In this document: in pieces, positions 1 to 14,052 of the stretch
Layout of the letters: every line of letters starts with the position of its first letter
Position numbering within the stretch: position 1 is the stretch's first letter
Program-made: the position numbers and the translations under genes
Notes under the pieces: generated by a model
What the model saw: only the letters and a program-made list of their open reading frames with translations
What the model was told of the DNA's origin: nothing
Databases searched by the model: none
Source of the DNA: Batkoa obscura
Lineage: Eukaryota
Reading direction: 5' to 3'
DNA length: 64,000 nt
Assembly: GCA_030770535.1 (NCBI GenBank)
Contig: JASVEC010000012.1
Span: forward strand, 682,001 to 746,000

Positions 1-274
1 GCAATTTATCAAACACAATTTGTTATAACAATTTTTTACCCTTGATATTAGGTTCATATTGATCATTGTCACAAAAAAAAGTTAGAATACAATTATTTCT
101 TAATTGTGATTATATTTATCTTTTTATGTAAATCATCATTTAATTACATGAGTTTTACGCTAATAACTTTACAATCTGATTGAAATTTTAAGCTGAGAAA
201 TTAATTTACCAAATGAAAAAAAAGAAACAAGTTAGAATATTTTTTGAAAAAGATCACAAAACTTTAAAAAAAAA

Positions 275-1415
275 ATGCAACCTTTAACAATAACAAATGT
301 GAAGGAGTTAATCTTTAACAAATATAAACTAGCCCTGAATTGTAATAAATTATTTTATTATCCTTCCATCGATTATTCTTTAAGCAAAAAAAATTTGATT
401 CAAGTAAATCTCATCTACCTTTTATTTAGAACAAGGATAGATTAACAATAATTTTAGTATCAGATCCGCCTTGTACCTGCATTAAAAAAGAAAACAGAAA
501 AAAGAGAGGAAAGTTTTAATAAAAAAGAGCCAACAAAACCAATTAAATCAACCCTTAAAAATACTAACCCTTTTTTACCTTGTGATCCAGACTTATTGAT
601 AAGTGATACGTTATACCCAAACCATAACTTGGTATTAAATAAGTTTTGTGTGGTACCAGGACATATTTTACTAACTACAAAAGGTAATTTAAACTATTCA
701 CATTTACTCAATAAAATTTATTTAGACCAAAAATTAGAATATGAATCTCAAGACATTCCGTTAAATGTAGTTGATTTTGAAGCGTTAATAGATTTGATGG
801 TCAACTATGGACCAGATAAATTATTAGCTTTTTTTAACTGTGGCAAAAATTCAGGGGCGAGGTAATAGGTTTAATATGCTTTATTTTAAAATTAATTTAG
901 TTTATAAAAGTCAACCACATAAACATATTCAATTGATTCCTTTAAGTATAAACGAACCCCCAATCAAACATTCTTTAGATAAACTTATGGAAGATTTAGA
1001 ACACGGTATTATTACTTGTAAAATATTATAATGTACTATTGATATATGTTTTTTAGATAAAATTTATGAACTTTCTGACTTACCTTATTCCCATCGAATA
1101 GTAAAATTAAGTGACTCAGTTAGTAATACCTCCCCAACAACTGTTTTTAATTTTTATAATTTAATGATACAACAGTTAAAGAGCGATTCAATGTTACATC
1201 ATAATTTAACTTTATTTAATAATTATATTTATGTATTACCAAGGAAAGAGGCTCATTTTATTTTAGAGAATGAAACTTTTTCTATCAATTCTTTAGGCTC
1301 AGTACATATGATTATGGCAAAAGATGAAACGCAACTAAATTTATTAAAAGAAGAGATAGGGAGCTCAAATTTAGAGTTTTGGGCTGGAAGCTGGGTTGGT
1401 TTTAAAAAAGAATAA
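275..1415 (+). CDS. APA2: Ap4A phosphorylase / ATP adenylyltransferase (APA1/APA2 family), multi-exon
   Basis: Exon ORFs contain NPFLPCDPDL, LVLNKFCVVPGHILLTTK, FFNCGKNSGA-SQPHKHIQLIP (HxHxQ motif) and SINSLG. ATG at 275; short GT-AG introns. Confidence 0.85.
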
Positions 1416-1486
1416 TAAAGTTTTACTTTAATTAACTATTATCAATGTGCTAATATACTAATATACTAATACATACTCTTTGTTCT

Positions 1487-4400
1487 TTACTCTTTACTTT
1501 TTTTAATCTCTTTCTTATTGTTTGCTTGATCCTTGTTTGATTTATTACTGTGACTCATCGCTAATTGTGATAAGCTAGATTGTAAAGCAGCTAATGGGGA
1601 TTGAGTAATCCCAATGGAACCTATTGGTGAAGCAGCTACTCTAGGTTTCATCAATTTACGTGTATTATTAATTGTAAATGGTGAATCATAAGTTGTAAAT
1701 GGGGAATTCGAGTGATTATTAACCACTTTAAAGTTACTAGCCGTAATTAATGGGGAAGTGTCATTGATCTGTGGACCTGTAGCTAAGATATTTGGATGAT
1801 ACAATCTAATTGGATTGAATTTTGTTATGATTTCATTATCTCCATCTTTAATAAGATTATTGTCCCATTCCCATGGAACAAATTCATTTTCGTCCGCTGT
1901 ATTGTTTTTGATATCAGAAGAATAATTTGATTTAGCTTCAAAGGGAAATAACCTTTTGATTCGTGGATCATTAATTGCAGTTTTAGTTAACTTGGGATAG
2001 TTTTTACGTAGTAGTGAAAACAATTCAGATTTATTTTCTTTTGGGATCAAATTCATATAATATGAAAAGAAATCTAACACAAATTCAAATTCTTCCTTAT
2101 TCTCTTCTCCTATTAACACTGCATTTTGTAGTAACCCTAAAAAGATCTCTGTCCATTCCATACGAATATTTAAATTAACAAAATCAACCATCTCTTTTAT
2201 ACATGGTATTAATAAATCAATCCTTATTATTATAGCTTCTTTGATGATTTCAGAGTTAACATCATTACCATCATTATTCGTCGTAGTATCATTAGTATCA
2301 TAATTTAATGATAATGTATCTTCATACTAAAATTACAACTATTAATATATATTTACTCAAAACAAAAAAATAAATTACTATTTTATTATTCAACTGTAGT
2401 TTGGAAACTTGTTCAAAAGTACAGTTTGATAAGGTCATAATCTCAAATATCTAATTAACAATAAGTACAAATAAAAATATTGCTGTAATAAACCTACATG
2501 TATAAATTTTGAAATAAATTTAAGTTGATGAATTAAGAATACTCCAAATTCGATTCTCTTTTTAGCCCATTCTTTTACAACTTCGTTATCAATAGTCCCA
2601 GGTGGGGTAAGTGAAAGCAAACCAAACATTATTTTTTTATATCTTTCTATGATTTCCTTTTGATTCTTGTGTTTTTTCAACAAATCAACCCATCTTTTGA
2701 TATAATTGGGAAATTTATTATTGAGCGAACTTGTATCTCCACATAATGTTTCTCCTCCAACCATTAAGAACATCTGCCAATAATGTGGTGGTGATGAATT
2801 TATTATTTGTATTAAAGTAGTATATGGAATTTCTAAATCCATAAGCCATTCGAAAAATAACTTTTTTGCAAAGTCTAAAATATAATCTGACTCTGAACTA
2901 TTATTATTGCTATTTAATTGTAAATTAATAACAATGTTAAAATAGAATGAAATTATTGTTTTGTTCTTCTGAAACAAAAGGACTTTTTCTTCATTTAATT
3001 TACCGTCATTTGTTAACTTATTATCTTTAAGCAATTTCTCAAAATAATTGGTACCGCTTATTTCTATAATAATTAAGTTAGTAAGCAATTAAAGAAATGG
3101 AGTAATAAACTGTACTTAATTCTTCTAAATTCAAGATAAAAACAAACAACTCAATAAATTTATGCTCTGCCTTTTGTTTTTGTTCTTGGTTGACCACTAT
3201 GTTTTTATTCAATTTTTCAGTTATAGCTTTTCCTTTATCACTCATTAATTTATCATAAATAGAATTAAACTTATTATTAACAAATGTTTTCATCCAATTG
3301 GATCTAGCAATGTCATTACGAAGGCTTTGAAACTTATGAATATATTCACTATTTGATTGTAATAAAGTTTCAATCATACAAATGTAATATAATATCCTAA
3401 ACACTTGTTCAATACTTTCTATTGAGTTAAAGCTTGTTCCTTGCATTATATTAAAATTAAAATAATCCTGGAATATTATTATTTATTAATATTAAAATAC
3501 TATTTAATATTACGTTAATTACCTGTGTGTCAAAAGCTATCTTATTTGGTAAATGATCTTTATAATTGGATGTAAATAATAATCTTAAAAAGAAGATAAA
3601 GTGTTCATCAAAGAAATCTTGCACTGAAACCGAGGTATACTATCAAAATTTAATATAAAATATTAAAATATAAATAATAAATTACTTGTTTAAAATACAA
3701 TTCAAATATATTTAAGATAGTATTGCACAATTGAGTAACAGAAATAATGGATCTTTGAGTTAGAAAGCAAGCAAGTATTAAATTCCAATAATAAACTTTA
3801 CTTTCTAATGTATTTTTCTTCCTTAAATAACTTGAATTAAACTGTAAGATCCAATTCATAACAACCGGAGTTCCTTCTAGTGTAAAATCACTTAATAGGC
3901 AAAATAAATCACTATAATTTCTAATCATTGTTAAGTTTTGTTGAGTTTGATTTAATGGATCAGATATTAATTTCGTATGAATATTTTTTAACGCTACTTT
4001 AAATAATTTATCCCACCAACTTAGTAAATGTTTAAATTTAGAAACTAAATTGGATGCTTGTTGTTGAAGCCCTTGTAAATCTGAAGATACATTATAAAGT
4101 TCTGGTATATATTCGGTCACTTCTAAATTTGGAAGTAACTCATTTTGTGGTTTATAGGGAACAAGAGAATGAATGTATAGCTCAATCTAACAAAACTTAA
4201 TATATACTCATGTTAAAATAAAAAGCACTACTTCAACCCTCATGGAATTCGTTGATCCAGGAACATTCCCAGTAATCAAAGTTAGTATATAAAGAGCAAG
4301 ACGTTTATCTGGTTGGCCATAAATTTCCTTGATAGTTTTGTACTATTTGATTTATTAGATTTAAATTTTAAAAAATGAAGTGATTATTACTTTTTCCCAT

Positions 4401-7242
4401 AAAACATTCAAAATAGCTTCTGGGAGCCCTAATGCAATAACGGTTGGCTGATAATACCTAAAAATATTTATAATAAATCCAATCAAGGAGCGATTATTGA
4501 TTCTAGGAAGGATCCATATGCTTAACTTTATATTTCTAATTAATAATAATAAAAATTAAGTTTATATAGTCTACCTCTATTATTGGTCCAGTTTCATCAC
4601 ATAAATTCATTAACTCAAATATGGTTGATAAATCTTCAAGATTAATAGGACTTAATGTGTCATCATTAGAGTTATCTTCCATTTTTTCATCTTTTCTAAT
4701 TTTAAATTATTATTTACTAATTAATAACTTAAATAATAATTACTTTGATAGACCTGAAAAATAGCTCATAACTCCTTTAACTAAATAGGAAGTAACTTCT
4801 CCTTTTATATAATTTGAACTGCAATTGATTATGTTGATGACTTCCATTTTCCAAGATTTATCGGATTCTATATTATCAAAGAAACTAGATTCACTTGGTG
4901 TTTCAATCACTTTACTATCCGCTTGTTTATTGTATAAATAAGTCAAATTGTGTTTTATTCTAGTTATTAGTATTTTCATCTTTTCAATCTCACTATCATT
5001 TTCATGCTAAAATGAAAAAATCAGTAACTATAATAAACATGATAAATATTAATTCTTACTTTTGAATAACTCTGATGTATCATCCTCGTTCTTAAATCTT
5101 TATCATAATATTTAAATGAATTATAAATTGATACATTTTTCATAAAATGTTTATGCTTCTCACTGATTCGTTTATTTGGGTAATCCAAATCAAATACCCC
5201 ACGTGCCATTAAACTCCTTAAGTATTTGGAATAGATAAATACTCCAACTCGAATAAATTGAGAATACAATTCAATAAGCATATTAAAATCACTATTATTA
5301 TTATAGTCTATTTGGATACCATTACTGTTACTATCACTTTTATTATTTGTACAAAAAGGATCAAAATTATCAAGGTATTCTTGAAGTATTCTTTGAATTA
5401 AGTCCTGATAATCAATACTTTTAGATTGAAGTGAAGTGTTGTTAGTGTTTGCATCTTTTTCTTCAAAGGTAGGAAAAGTCCAAATCTTTAACATGGCTGA
5501 AGCTAAATACTTAATTTGTCCATCTTTAAGAAGATATTTACTAAAACAATTGAGAAAAGAATTCAATTTCAAACTTAATAATCTATAATTATTAATATGT
5601 GTATTACTAAACGCTTTTACAGTTATGTTAGAGATATTTAAACCAAGTTTTAATGGAATAAATTCCTAAAAATATGATTAGATTCATATTAATATCATTC
5701 AAAATTAAGCTCACTTTTAAGAAATCTTCTTTATCTTGTTTTAGCGTTGATTGTTGTGTTATTTCTTTCCTTATTTCTTTTTGCTCAAAGTTTTTGTTTC
5801 TTTTAATTATGGATTGATACACTGCCTTTAATTTGTTCGAGTCAAGTTGAAATCCAAGTGATTTATAAATAACATCTTGTAATGGATGAGCTGGTAAATT
5901 AACAATACGATTCCAATCTATTTTATCTGAGCTAGATATTTCTGAGTTAATAAATATATCTGGAAAATTTAACATTGTAATCTAATAAAGTATTAATAAT
6001 AGTTATACTATTACACCATATTATATTAATGAAGTATATTACCTGAATAATGGTACGACAATATGCTTTAAATACTGTTTGGAACATGTTTTGATCATTA
6101 TTGTTTATTAGTCTTTCATGATGAGATGTTAAAGATCTTATCTTCATAATACATAATGCCCTTGAACGAGAAAACTCTGATAATAAAGACAAAATAAGTG
6201 GAAGTAAAAGAGCACATTTAACGATCGAATTATTTATAGATTCAACAAGCCATCTTAAAAATAATTTTTGATCAAGAATATCTTGATCGTACAATAACTT
6301 ACTGACTTGAATACTAAAAAATAATAACATTATTACTAAAGTATTCTAAAATCAATTTATATTAAGTTTACCAATAATTCCATTTCGATACAAATTTCCT
6401 TTCTACTCCTTCATTTTCTGTTTCTGTATTTTTCATAATTAAAAGTATTTGTTTTTCTAATATTTTAATAAATAAATTAGTCCATTCATGGCTCAAAACT
6501 AGAGTTGATTTTTCTTTAACACTTTTTTCAGAAAGAATAAATAACTTAATAATCCAAACACATCTTGAAAGTGATTGGTTAGTTTCAGATAATCGATCAA
6601 TGATATGGTCAATCCTTAAACCTGCAGGCACTTCTAAAGCAAGCGAATCATAGTCATTATCACTATTGCAATATTCATTCATCCAGCTTATACGTTCATC
6701 TTCATTCATCATAACTTTATTGACTTTTGGTTTAACAGTTGGTAATTGATATTGAGATGCTGTTTTTTTCTTATTCATTACATCTACTAAAAAATTCCCA
6801 AGATTCATTAACTTTCTTTTATCTGAATAAGCTTCCTTTAAATATTGAAATCCTTGAACATTTTCATTCTTTTAAAGGATTAGTATATTGATGAATTTAT
6901 TTTGTGGTTTAATTTACTTTAACAACGTATTTATCAAAAAACCCATTTCGAATTCTCTCTTGATCTAATTTTTCTTCAAGTTGATCTCGAGTCACTGGAT
7001 ATACCCCTGGATAACCTAAAACAAATATTAACCTTGCTAATAATAAAATATTAATATCAAATTACTTAAACGGAGCCTTTTGTTTAGTGGGACTAAACCA
7101 TACGGAAGTTCAATTTTATATCTTTTTAAACCTTCAATTTCATCAACACTTTCATTTTTTGAAATCTCTTCGCCTTCTAGTTTCATTATCAGTTAGATAT
7201 CCTATATTATTTGATTCAAATACCTTTATTAGAGCCAGACAT
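1487..7242 (-). CDS. MED12: Mediator kinase-module subunit Med12/Srb8, many exons
   Basis: N-terminal GYPGVYPVTRDQLEEKLDQERIRNGF; Med12-domain segment WMNEY..LALEVPAG..RCVWIIK; LYDQDILDQKLFLRWL; FIRVGVFIYSKYLRSLMARG. A long chain of minus-strand ORFs is joined by short introns. Start codon is inferred. Confidence 0.8.
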
Positions 7243-8689
7243 TATCCTTAATTTCTTTTTGTTTTGGCTATTGATTTACTATTATAATTGTAAAAATATT
7301 TTTTTGTTGTGTTAAATAAATAGGTCTAAATTGATTTAAAATTTGTCACTTTAGTTTATAACTTGAGTTTAAAAGGTGGCTTATGATTGGTCAATATTTT
7401 CACTACCAAAGTTCATTCTTTGCTTTTTAGTCTAATTGCTACAACTCTACTCTACTCAAAATAAATTCATTTACAATTTTAATAAAATAACCTTACAATA
7501 TTAGATGACGTAAATGTAAACTATAGAGAGAAGTTTTTATCAAAAGAATGTTAGCATGTAATGATATGATATATGATAATAGCTATACAATAACAAATAC
7601 TCACAATTAATGAATGATCATATATTGAACGACAAATCGTGAATTTCCTTTATAATGATGATAAAGTATAAAAAATAAGAATTTTTGTTAGAGTGCTAAG
7701 AATGTAAGTTTTATAATAGATAAACAAAGATTAGAATATACTATAGTAAATAAGAGTAATAGTTGATTATCTAGGTGAAGATGAAGATATAAAAACAATC
7801 ACTTTTTTATGTAAACACCAAGATAAAACTGTTGATTTGTTAAAAACACCAATAATAGTAAAGATGTATATATATACGCCAAATTATTTCCAATAAAGAA
7901 AAAAGTTATTTTATTGTTCAAATCGCTTAATGTTATGTTCAGATTTTAAATAGTATACAATGTCAAATAAATTAAGCAACAATAGGCTTGACATTTTTTT
8001 GTCTATTTTAGTTTACAATAATAATAAAACTTTAATTGATAAATTTTATATTGTGTATCCAAGCTAATCAAGTTACTTTTTACATTGTTTTGAAAAAGTC
8101 AATTATTTTCTTTGCACAGGAATTACTTTATCACACAATATTAAAAAATATGTAAAAAAATAACTAAAAGAAATTCTGAGTTAAATGCTATTTTATTTCC
8201 TTTTAACACAAAAGTGTATATCTAGATTTTTACCCACTTTGTTCTATAGTATATTTTTTAAACTCAAACCTACATGAAAGCTGGTATAAGATGTTCACAG
8301 TTATTAATATTATAAGTTTGCAATTACCTCATTTAGTTAGTTTATATTAGTAAAGTACTTGCCTTTTAGAGCTTGATCTAAAAGAACTATGAGTGACTAT
8401 TCAAATATTTGGTAGATTAGTGGGTTCGAATAGGCTTTATTCATCAAGGTTATTTTAATCAATTACTGATATTTTCTATACAAAATAAAATATAAACAAT
8501 GGAAACTTTGATAAGTTAAATTAATAACCTTAATTTAGCAAGTTACAGTAATAACTAAGCAAACCATGCATAAATTATAACCAATAAAACTACAATTAAA
8601 TTCGATTCACATTTTAAAGAATAAATAAAAGTCAATCGAAATCGAAGTAAAGTACTTTTTATTTTAAATAAGTATTTTTGCTAAAAGAG

Positions 8690-11513
8690 ATGAGAAGATC
8701 AACGAGGTTACAAAAAATAACCCAAATCGATAAAATAGAGGAAACTAAAGTTAATGAGATACCTGAGCTCGAACAAGAAGACTTTGATCATATCCCTTTA
8801 GAACCAAGCAAAAGGAAAAAATCGATCAAAAGGGCTCCAGATCAAGCAAAAAAGACGAAGCCAGCTACCCCAGCCAAATCTACAATAAATAGTGACGATG
8901 AGAATGCATCTAACACAGTAGAAACTAACGAACCACGGAGAAGTAAAAGAATTTCAGAAAAGAAGTTAAACCAAATCAAAATTAACTCAAATGGTGAAGA
9001 AACTTGGGAAATTATAAGTATATCTTCCGATGAAGATTTTCAAACACCAAAAGTAATACCTAAGGAAAACCAAAGGAGTACTAGAAATAAAAAAAAGGTT
9101 ACAGTTAATCTAGCGACCCCAGAGAGTTTAGATAAAGTCGCGAAAAAGACGTCAAAAAAGGAATCGGTTAAAGAGGAAATAAATGCTGATGATAATGATA
9201 AGGATCCTGAAGTAATTATAACGTCATCCGACGAATCTGAATTCAAAGCTGAGTCTCCACTACCATCCGATGATTCCCCTTTATCAGCTGTTAATAGTGA
9301 CTCAGATGTTGCCATTGTTGTTGAAACCAGAAGGGCCTCAAGGAGGGGAGGACGAACTAATAATAGAAGAAGTCGTGCAAAGGAAGAAAAAATTGATGGG
9401 TTTAGCAAATCTTATTTGAGGACTCATCCAACCGTAGATCCAAGAGTACAAGCCTTCCATCCAGAGGTAAAGGATGTTTGGGATAAACTAGATGGTATGG
9501 AAGTTATTGAAATAGAACAGAGCGAGCAACCAAACGACCTCAAACTTAAGCTATTGCCATTTCAAAAAGAAGGATTAAATTGGATGAAAAAACAAGAACA
9601 AAGTGAGTTTATGGGTGGTATTTTAGCCGATGAGATGGGAATGGGAAAAACAATTCAAATGATTTCTCTCTTATTATCAGAACCAAGAGGCAAACCTAAT
9701 TTATTAGTTGCTCCAACTGTAGCTCTTATGCAATGGCTTAATGAAATTAACACACATACAACGACACTAAATGTATTATTATATTATGGACAAGATCGTA
9801 CACGTTCATTAGCTGAACTAAAAAAATATGATATTATATTAACTACTTATAATATTATTGAATCTGGATTTAGAAAACAAAATTATGGATTTACACGAAA
9901 AGGAGAAAAAGTTAAAGAAAGTTCACCAATCCATCAAACAGATTGGTTTCGAGTTATTTTAGATGAAGGTCATTATATTAAAGATCGCTCTTGTAGTACA
10001 GCTCGTGCTGTATTTGCTTTAAAAGCACAACGTAAATGGGCACTGACTGGTACTCCCTTACAAAATCGAGTTGGTGAATTGTATTCATTAATTCGATTTT
10101 TAAAATGCGATCCATTTAGTTATTATTTTTGTCGAGATTGTGATTGTAAAAGTTTAACATGGGCATTTAAAGGGTATAATAGTTGTGATGCTTGTGGTCA
10201 TTCCCCAATGAAACATTTTTGTTGGTGGAATGCTGAGATTTTAAAACCCATCCAAAACTATGGTAATGTTGGGGAAGGAAAACAAGGCTTTGAAAAATTG
10301 ACAAAGTTGTTAGATAAAGTCATGTTACGTCGTACTAAAGTAGAAAAGGCAGATGATTTAGGTTTACCACCCAAAATAGTTACTGTTCGTAGAGATGTAT
10401 TTAATGAAGAAGAAGAAGATATGTACGAATCTTTATATACTGATTCTAAACGTAAATTTAGTACTTATGTTGAAGAAGGAACTGTATTGAATCATTATGC
10501 TAATATCTTTGAATTGATTACAAAGATGCGATTGGCAGTAAATCACCCAGATTTAATTTTAAGACGTATTCCAATGATGAAGAATGGGAATTTGGATCCA
10601 AATAAAAGACTAACACAAATTAAAAATAGTTTAATTTGTGGATTATGTCAAGATGAAGCTGAAGATCCTATTATTTCCAAATGTAAACATGTGTTTTGTA
10701 GGGAAGATATCCGTCAATTTTTAGATAGTAGTTTAGATTCCCATCCTAAATGCCCAACGTGTTATGTACCATTGACGATTGATCTTTCACAAGATTCTTT
10801 AATTCCTGAAAACGATGAAGAAGAAATTAAAGAAGCTGAAAAAACATCTCATCAAATCAATGATAAAGATTTTAAAGTAGCTGGTGAAACATTTAGGGGT
10901 AGTATTGTGAACCGAATTGATATGAAAAAGTGGCGTTCTTCTACTAAAATTGAAGCTTTAGTAGAGGAATTAGATAAACTTCGATCTCAAGATCATACGA
11001 TTAAATCGATTGTATTTTCTCAATTTGTTAATTTTCTAGATTTAGTAGCTTGGCGATTACATCGAGCTGGTTTTGCTTGTTGTCGATTGGATGGTCGTAT
11101 GCGTCCTGCTCAAAGGGATGCTATTATTAAAACGTAATTTTATTTTATATTAAATTAATATTATAAGTATTAATTCGATATTTAGTTTTATGCAGCGTCA
11201 TGAGTATACTGTTTTTCTTATCTCCTTAAAAGCAGGTGGTATAGCCTTAAATTTAACCGAAGCAAGCCGAGTATTTATATGTGACCCATGGTGGAATCCA
11301 GCCGTAGAAGATCAAGCTATGGATCGTATCCATCGATTAGGCCAATATCGTCCAATCCAAGTTACTCGTTTAGTTGTGGAAAATTCAATTGAATCTCGTA
11401 TTTTACAGCTTCAAGCAAAGAAACATGCTTTGTTTCAATCGACTATTGGTAAAGATACATCGGCCTTATCGAAACTTACGGAAGAAGATTTAAAGTTTTT
11501 GTTCGTTCTTTAA
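8690..11513 (+). CDS. RAD16: SNF2 helicase with RING finger, nucleotide excision repair Rad16
   Basis: GGILADEMGMGKT, LDEGH, CDCKSL..CDACGHSPMKHFCWWN insert, RING CGLC..CKHVFC..CPTC and SLKAGGIALNLTEAS. One intron at about 11134-11185. Confidence 0.95.
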
Positions 11514-11741
11514 GGCAATTTATCATGTTAAATTGGCTAATGACAACTATAGATGACAATGGAAATAAAGTTCAGTATTATTAGTAGTAATTGTATATTA
11601 TTTTTACTAAAATTTGAGTTTATTTTCACTTTTTTTTTAAAAACAGATTAAAAGTTGATTGGTGGAGAACAACATATTTGATGAATAAAATAATTCAATT
11701 TTAATTTTCTAGTTTTTGTTTAAGTTTCTATTTTTCTAAAA

Positions 11742-12122
11742 ATGTCTTTATCTTTGGGCAATTTAATTTATTCGGTCATTTTGATTATTAATGGTTTAGC
11801 TATTTTAAATGAAGAAAGATTTTTAGCTAGAAGTAAGTTGTTATATAATGTAGAATAAATAATTAATATAATAATGAATGAAGAACGATGATGATTAATT
11901 TCTTTTAGTCGGTTTAGGAACGAATCAAGTAGGCAGTTATAACGGTAACGAAAGTATTAAAAGCAAAATAATTAATTTAGTATCTGCTGTTAGAACTCTA
12001 ATGAGATGTAAGCTTGAATCGTTTTATCTTAAATTTCATTTCTAATTTAATTTACAATTTATTTAGTGCCTTTGATTGTAGTCAATGTACTTGTTATTGC
12101 TTATTCACTTACTATCGGATAA
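11742..12122 (+). CDS. YOS1: Yos1/IER3IP1 ER-Golgi membrane protein, 3 exons (missed by the ORF track)
   Basis: Spliced translation MSLSLGNLIYSVILIINGLAILNEERFLAR..SIKSKIINLVSAVRTLMR.PLIVVNVLVIAYSLTIG*. Confidence 0.92.
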
Positions 12123-12359
12123 AGGAGACAAATTGCGATGTAGTTAATTTATAATGAACTATTAATGTCTTTATAATGGAATAGTAAATAGTATTAAAAT
12201 TAAATATAATATGTTTTAAGATTTATGTTTATTATTTTAAAATTACAATAGTTTACTTTATATAATAAATTGGTTAGATTATTAATACCAATAGTTAATA
12301 AACATAGTAAAATATAACAAAGTAGGAAATAAGCAGTATACGATATCATGTATACTATT

Positions 12360-12510
12360 ATAATATTAAAATAATATTTAAAATATATGACTTCATGTTA
12401 TATTCAATAATAAATTATTTATTTTCAATAGTTAATAATTCAGTTAATTCATCTGAGGTTGGAGTTACCAAAGGCAGTTTCAAAGGTAAATCTCCTTTAG
12501 TAATAGATGA
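12360..12510 (-). pseudogene. Decayed duplicate of the 3' end of the Sec39-like gene
   Basis: Translates as SITKGDLPLKLPLVTPTSDELTELLTIEN versus SITNEELPLKLPLTIPTLDELAKLLTIED at about 14120-14210. Confidence 0.75.
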
Positions 12511-13191
12511 TTAATAATTTTAGTTTAGTTAATCATATTACAATCAAAGATAAAAAAATTTAAATATAAGATAAGCTATGATGTAATAAATTAAGTATTA
12601 AATGAAAACAAACCAAACAATGTATAAACTTTTAAAAACGAGTGCTTGTTATAAAACTTAATGTCGTATCGATCTTTTCATATTAATCTATTGTATAATT
12701 TCAAAGGTACATTTAATATTTAAAATTAGTTAATCCGTCGTTTACCTTACCATTCTGCTCTACACGCTTTGATTGTCTAGTTTATAAAAACCTTATAACC
12801 AATGGTAACACCCTCATTTAAATAGTCAATTGGTTTCCACAGTACTTATCATAATTAAAACCAAACAGCTGACTCTTATATAGATAGAAATGTTAACTAA
12901 GTTTAATTGCAAAGGCTACTGCGTAAATTAACTGTGGGTTCAAATGGTGACTCTATTTTATAACTAACTGCAATTCTTTTGATTTAGAAATTAGGACGTT
13001 ATTGCCTACAATGGGGTTTTTTTTATAATTAAAAACAAAACTTAATTCGAGTTAAGTGTATGATGTTACAACTCTATACCCTCACCATTAATTTTTTATT
13101 AGAAAAATCGACGTCATTTCAAAAGAGTTCTTATAAATTAAACCATTGGTTGTAAATTCATAGCATAGCTATTTAAAAAGGTTTAATATAT

Positions 13192-13289
13192 GTGGGTGTA
13201 TTTTTGTGTTTAAGAATTTTGCTAACAATTTTTTCGCTCAAATAGCCCTTAGAAAATGGAAAAAGTGATGAAATCAAAAAAAACACCCC
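13192..13289. mobile_element. ~99-bp MITE copy
   Basis: G(T)GGGTGTATTTTTGTGTTTAAGAATTTT...GAAATCAAAAAAAACACCCC in an ATAT context. Confidence 0.85.
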
Positions 13290-13881
13290 TATATATTAGA
13301 CAAATAATATATATTTAATTTAGTGAAAAACATTATTTATTAACTTTTAATCAATGCTTTATCATTGAGTAGATTATTATTATTATAAATTATTATTATA
13401 AATTATTATTATTTTACGATTTTAAAGCAATAACTCGTATGACCAAAGAAGGATTTGTAACATTTGAAGAGTTTTTATCTAAACTTCGTAATAAGGATAA
13501 AGGTTATAGTGATCAGAAAATTGGTAAATTTGTGGAATTTTATAGTAACGAATTTTTAAATTTATTAATAAATGAAAGCGAATTATCTGATATTATTGAA
13601 AATAGTATTGAAAATGAATGCGAAGTAGTTAAGGTTTAAATGTGGGATAAAATTCAACAAAGTCAAGAGATTGGAGAAGAATTGAAATCCAATTATAAAG
13701 AAAAAGTTGAAAAGTTAATTAAACAAATGATTGAAAAATATGATTTATAGGGACTGTTATCCTATAATTATAATAATTATAATAAACAGATTTATTTGTT
13801 TTTACAGTCATAACTTTTTATTAAAAACAGTATATTTGTTTTTAGGTAATTTAATTTATTTGTTATTTTAAATAAAGATTT

Positions 13882-13980
13882 GGGGGTGTATTTTTTTACT
13901 TAGGAATTTTATCAACAATCTTTCCACCTAAATAGCGCTTAAAAAATGGAAAAAATAATGAAACCAAAAAAAACACCCCC
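13882..13980. mobile_element. ~99-bp MITE copy with perfect ATTT target-site duplication
   Basis: attt-GGGGGTGT...ACACCCCC-attt. Confidence 0.9.
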
Positions 13981-14052
13981 ATTTAGTTAAAAGTAAGTTA
14001 CAGATTATAATAAGAATTTAAGCGATATAAAATAATAGCTAATTATTTTATT

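Noticed and set aside
9040..9408. Antisense 122-aa ORF
   Set aside because: Shadow of the low-complexity RAD16 N-terminus.
12780..13170. Possible retroelement integrase relic on the minus strand (TTNGL, AVAFAI)
   Set aside because: Similarity too weak to support by eye.
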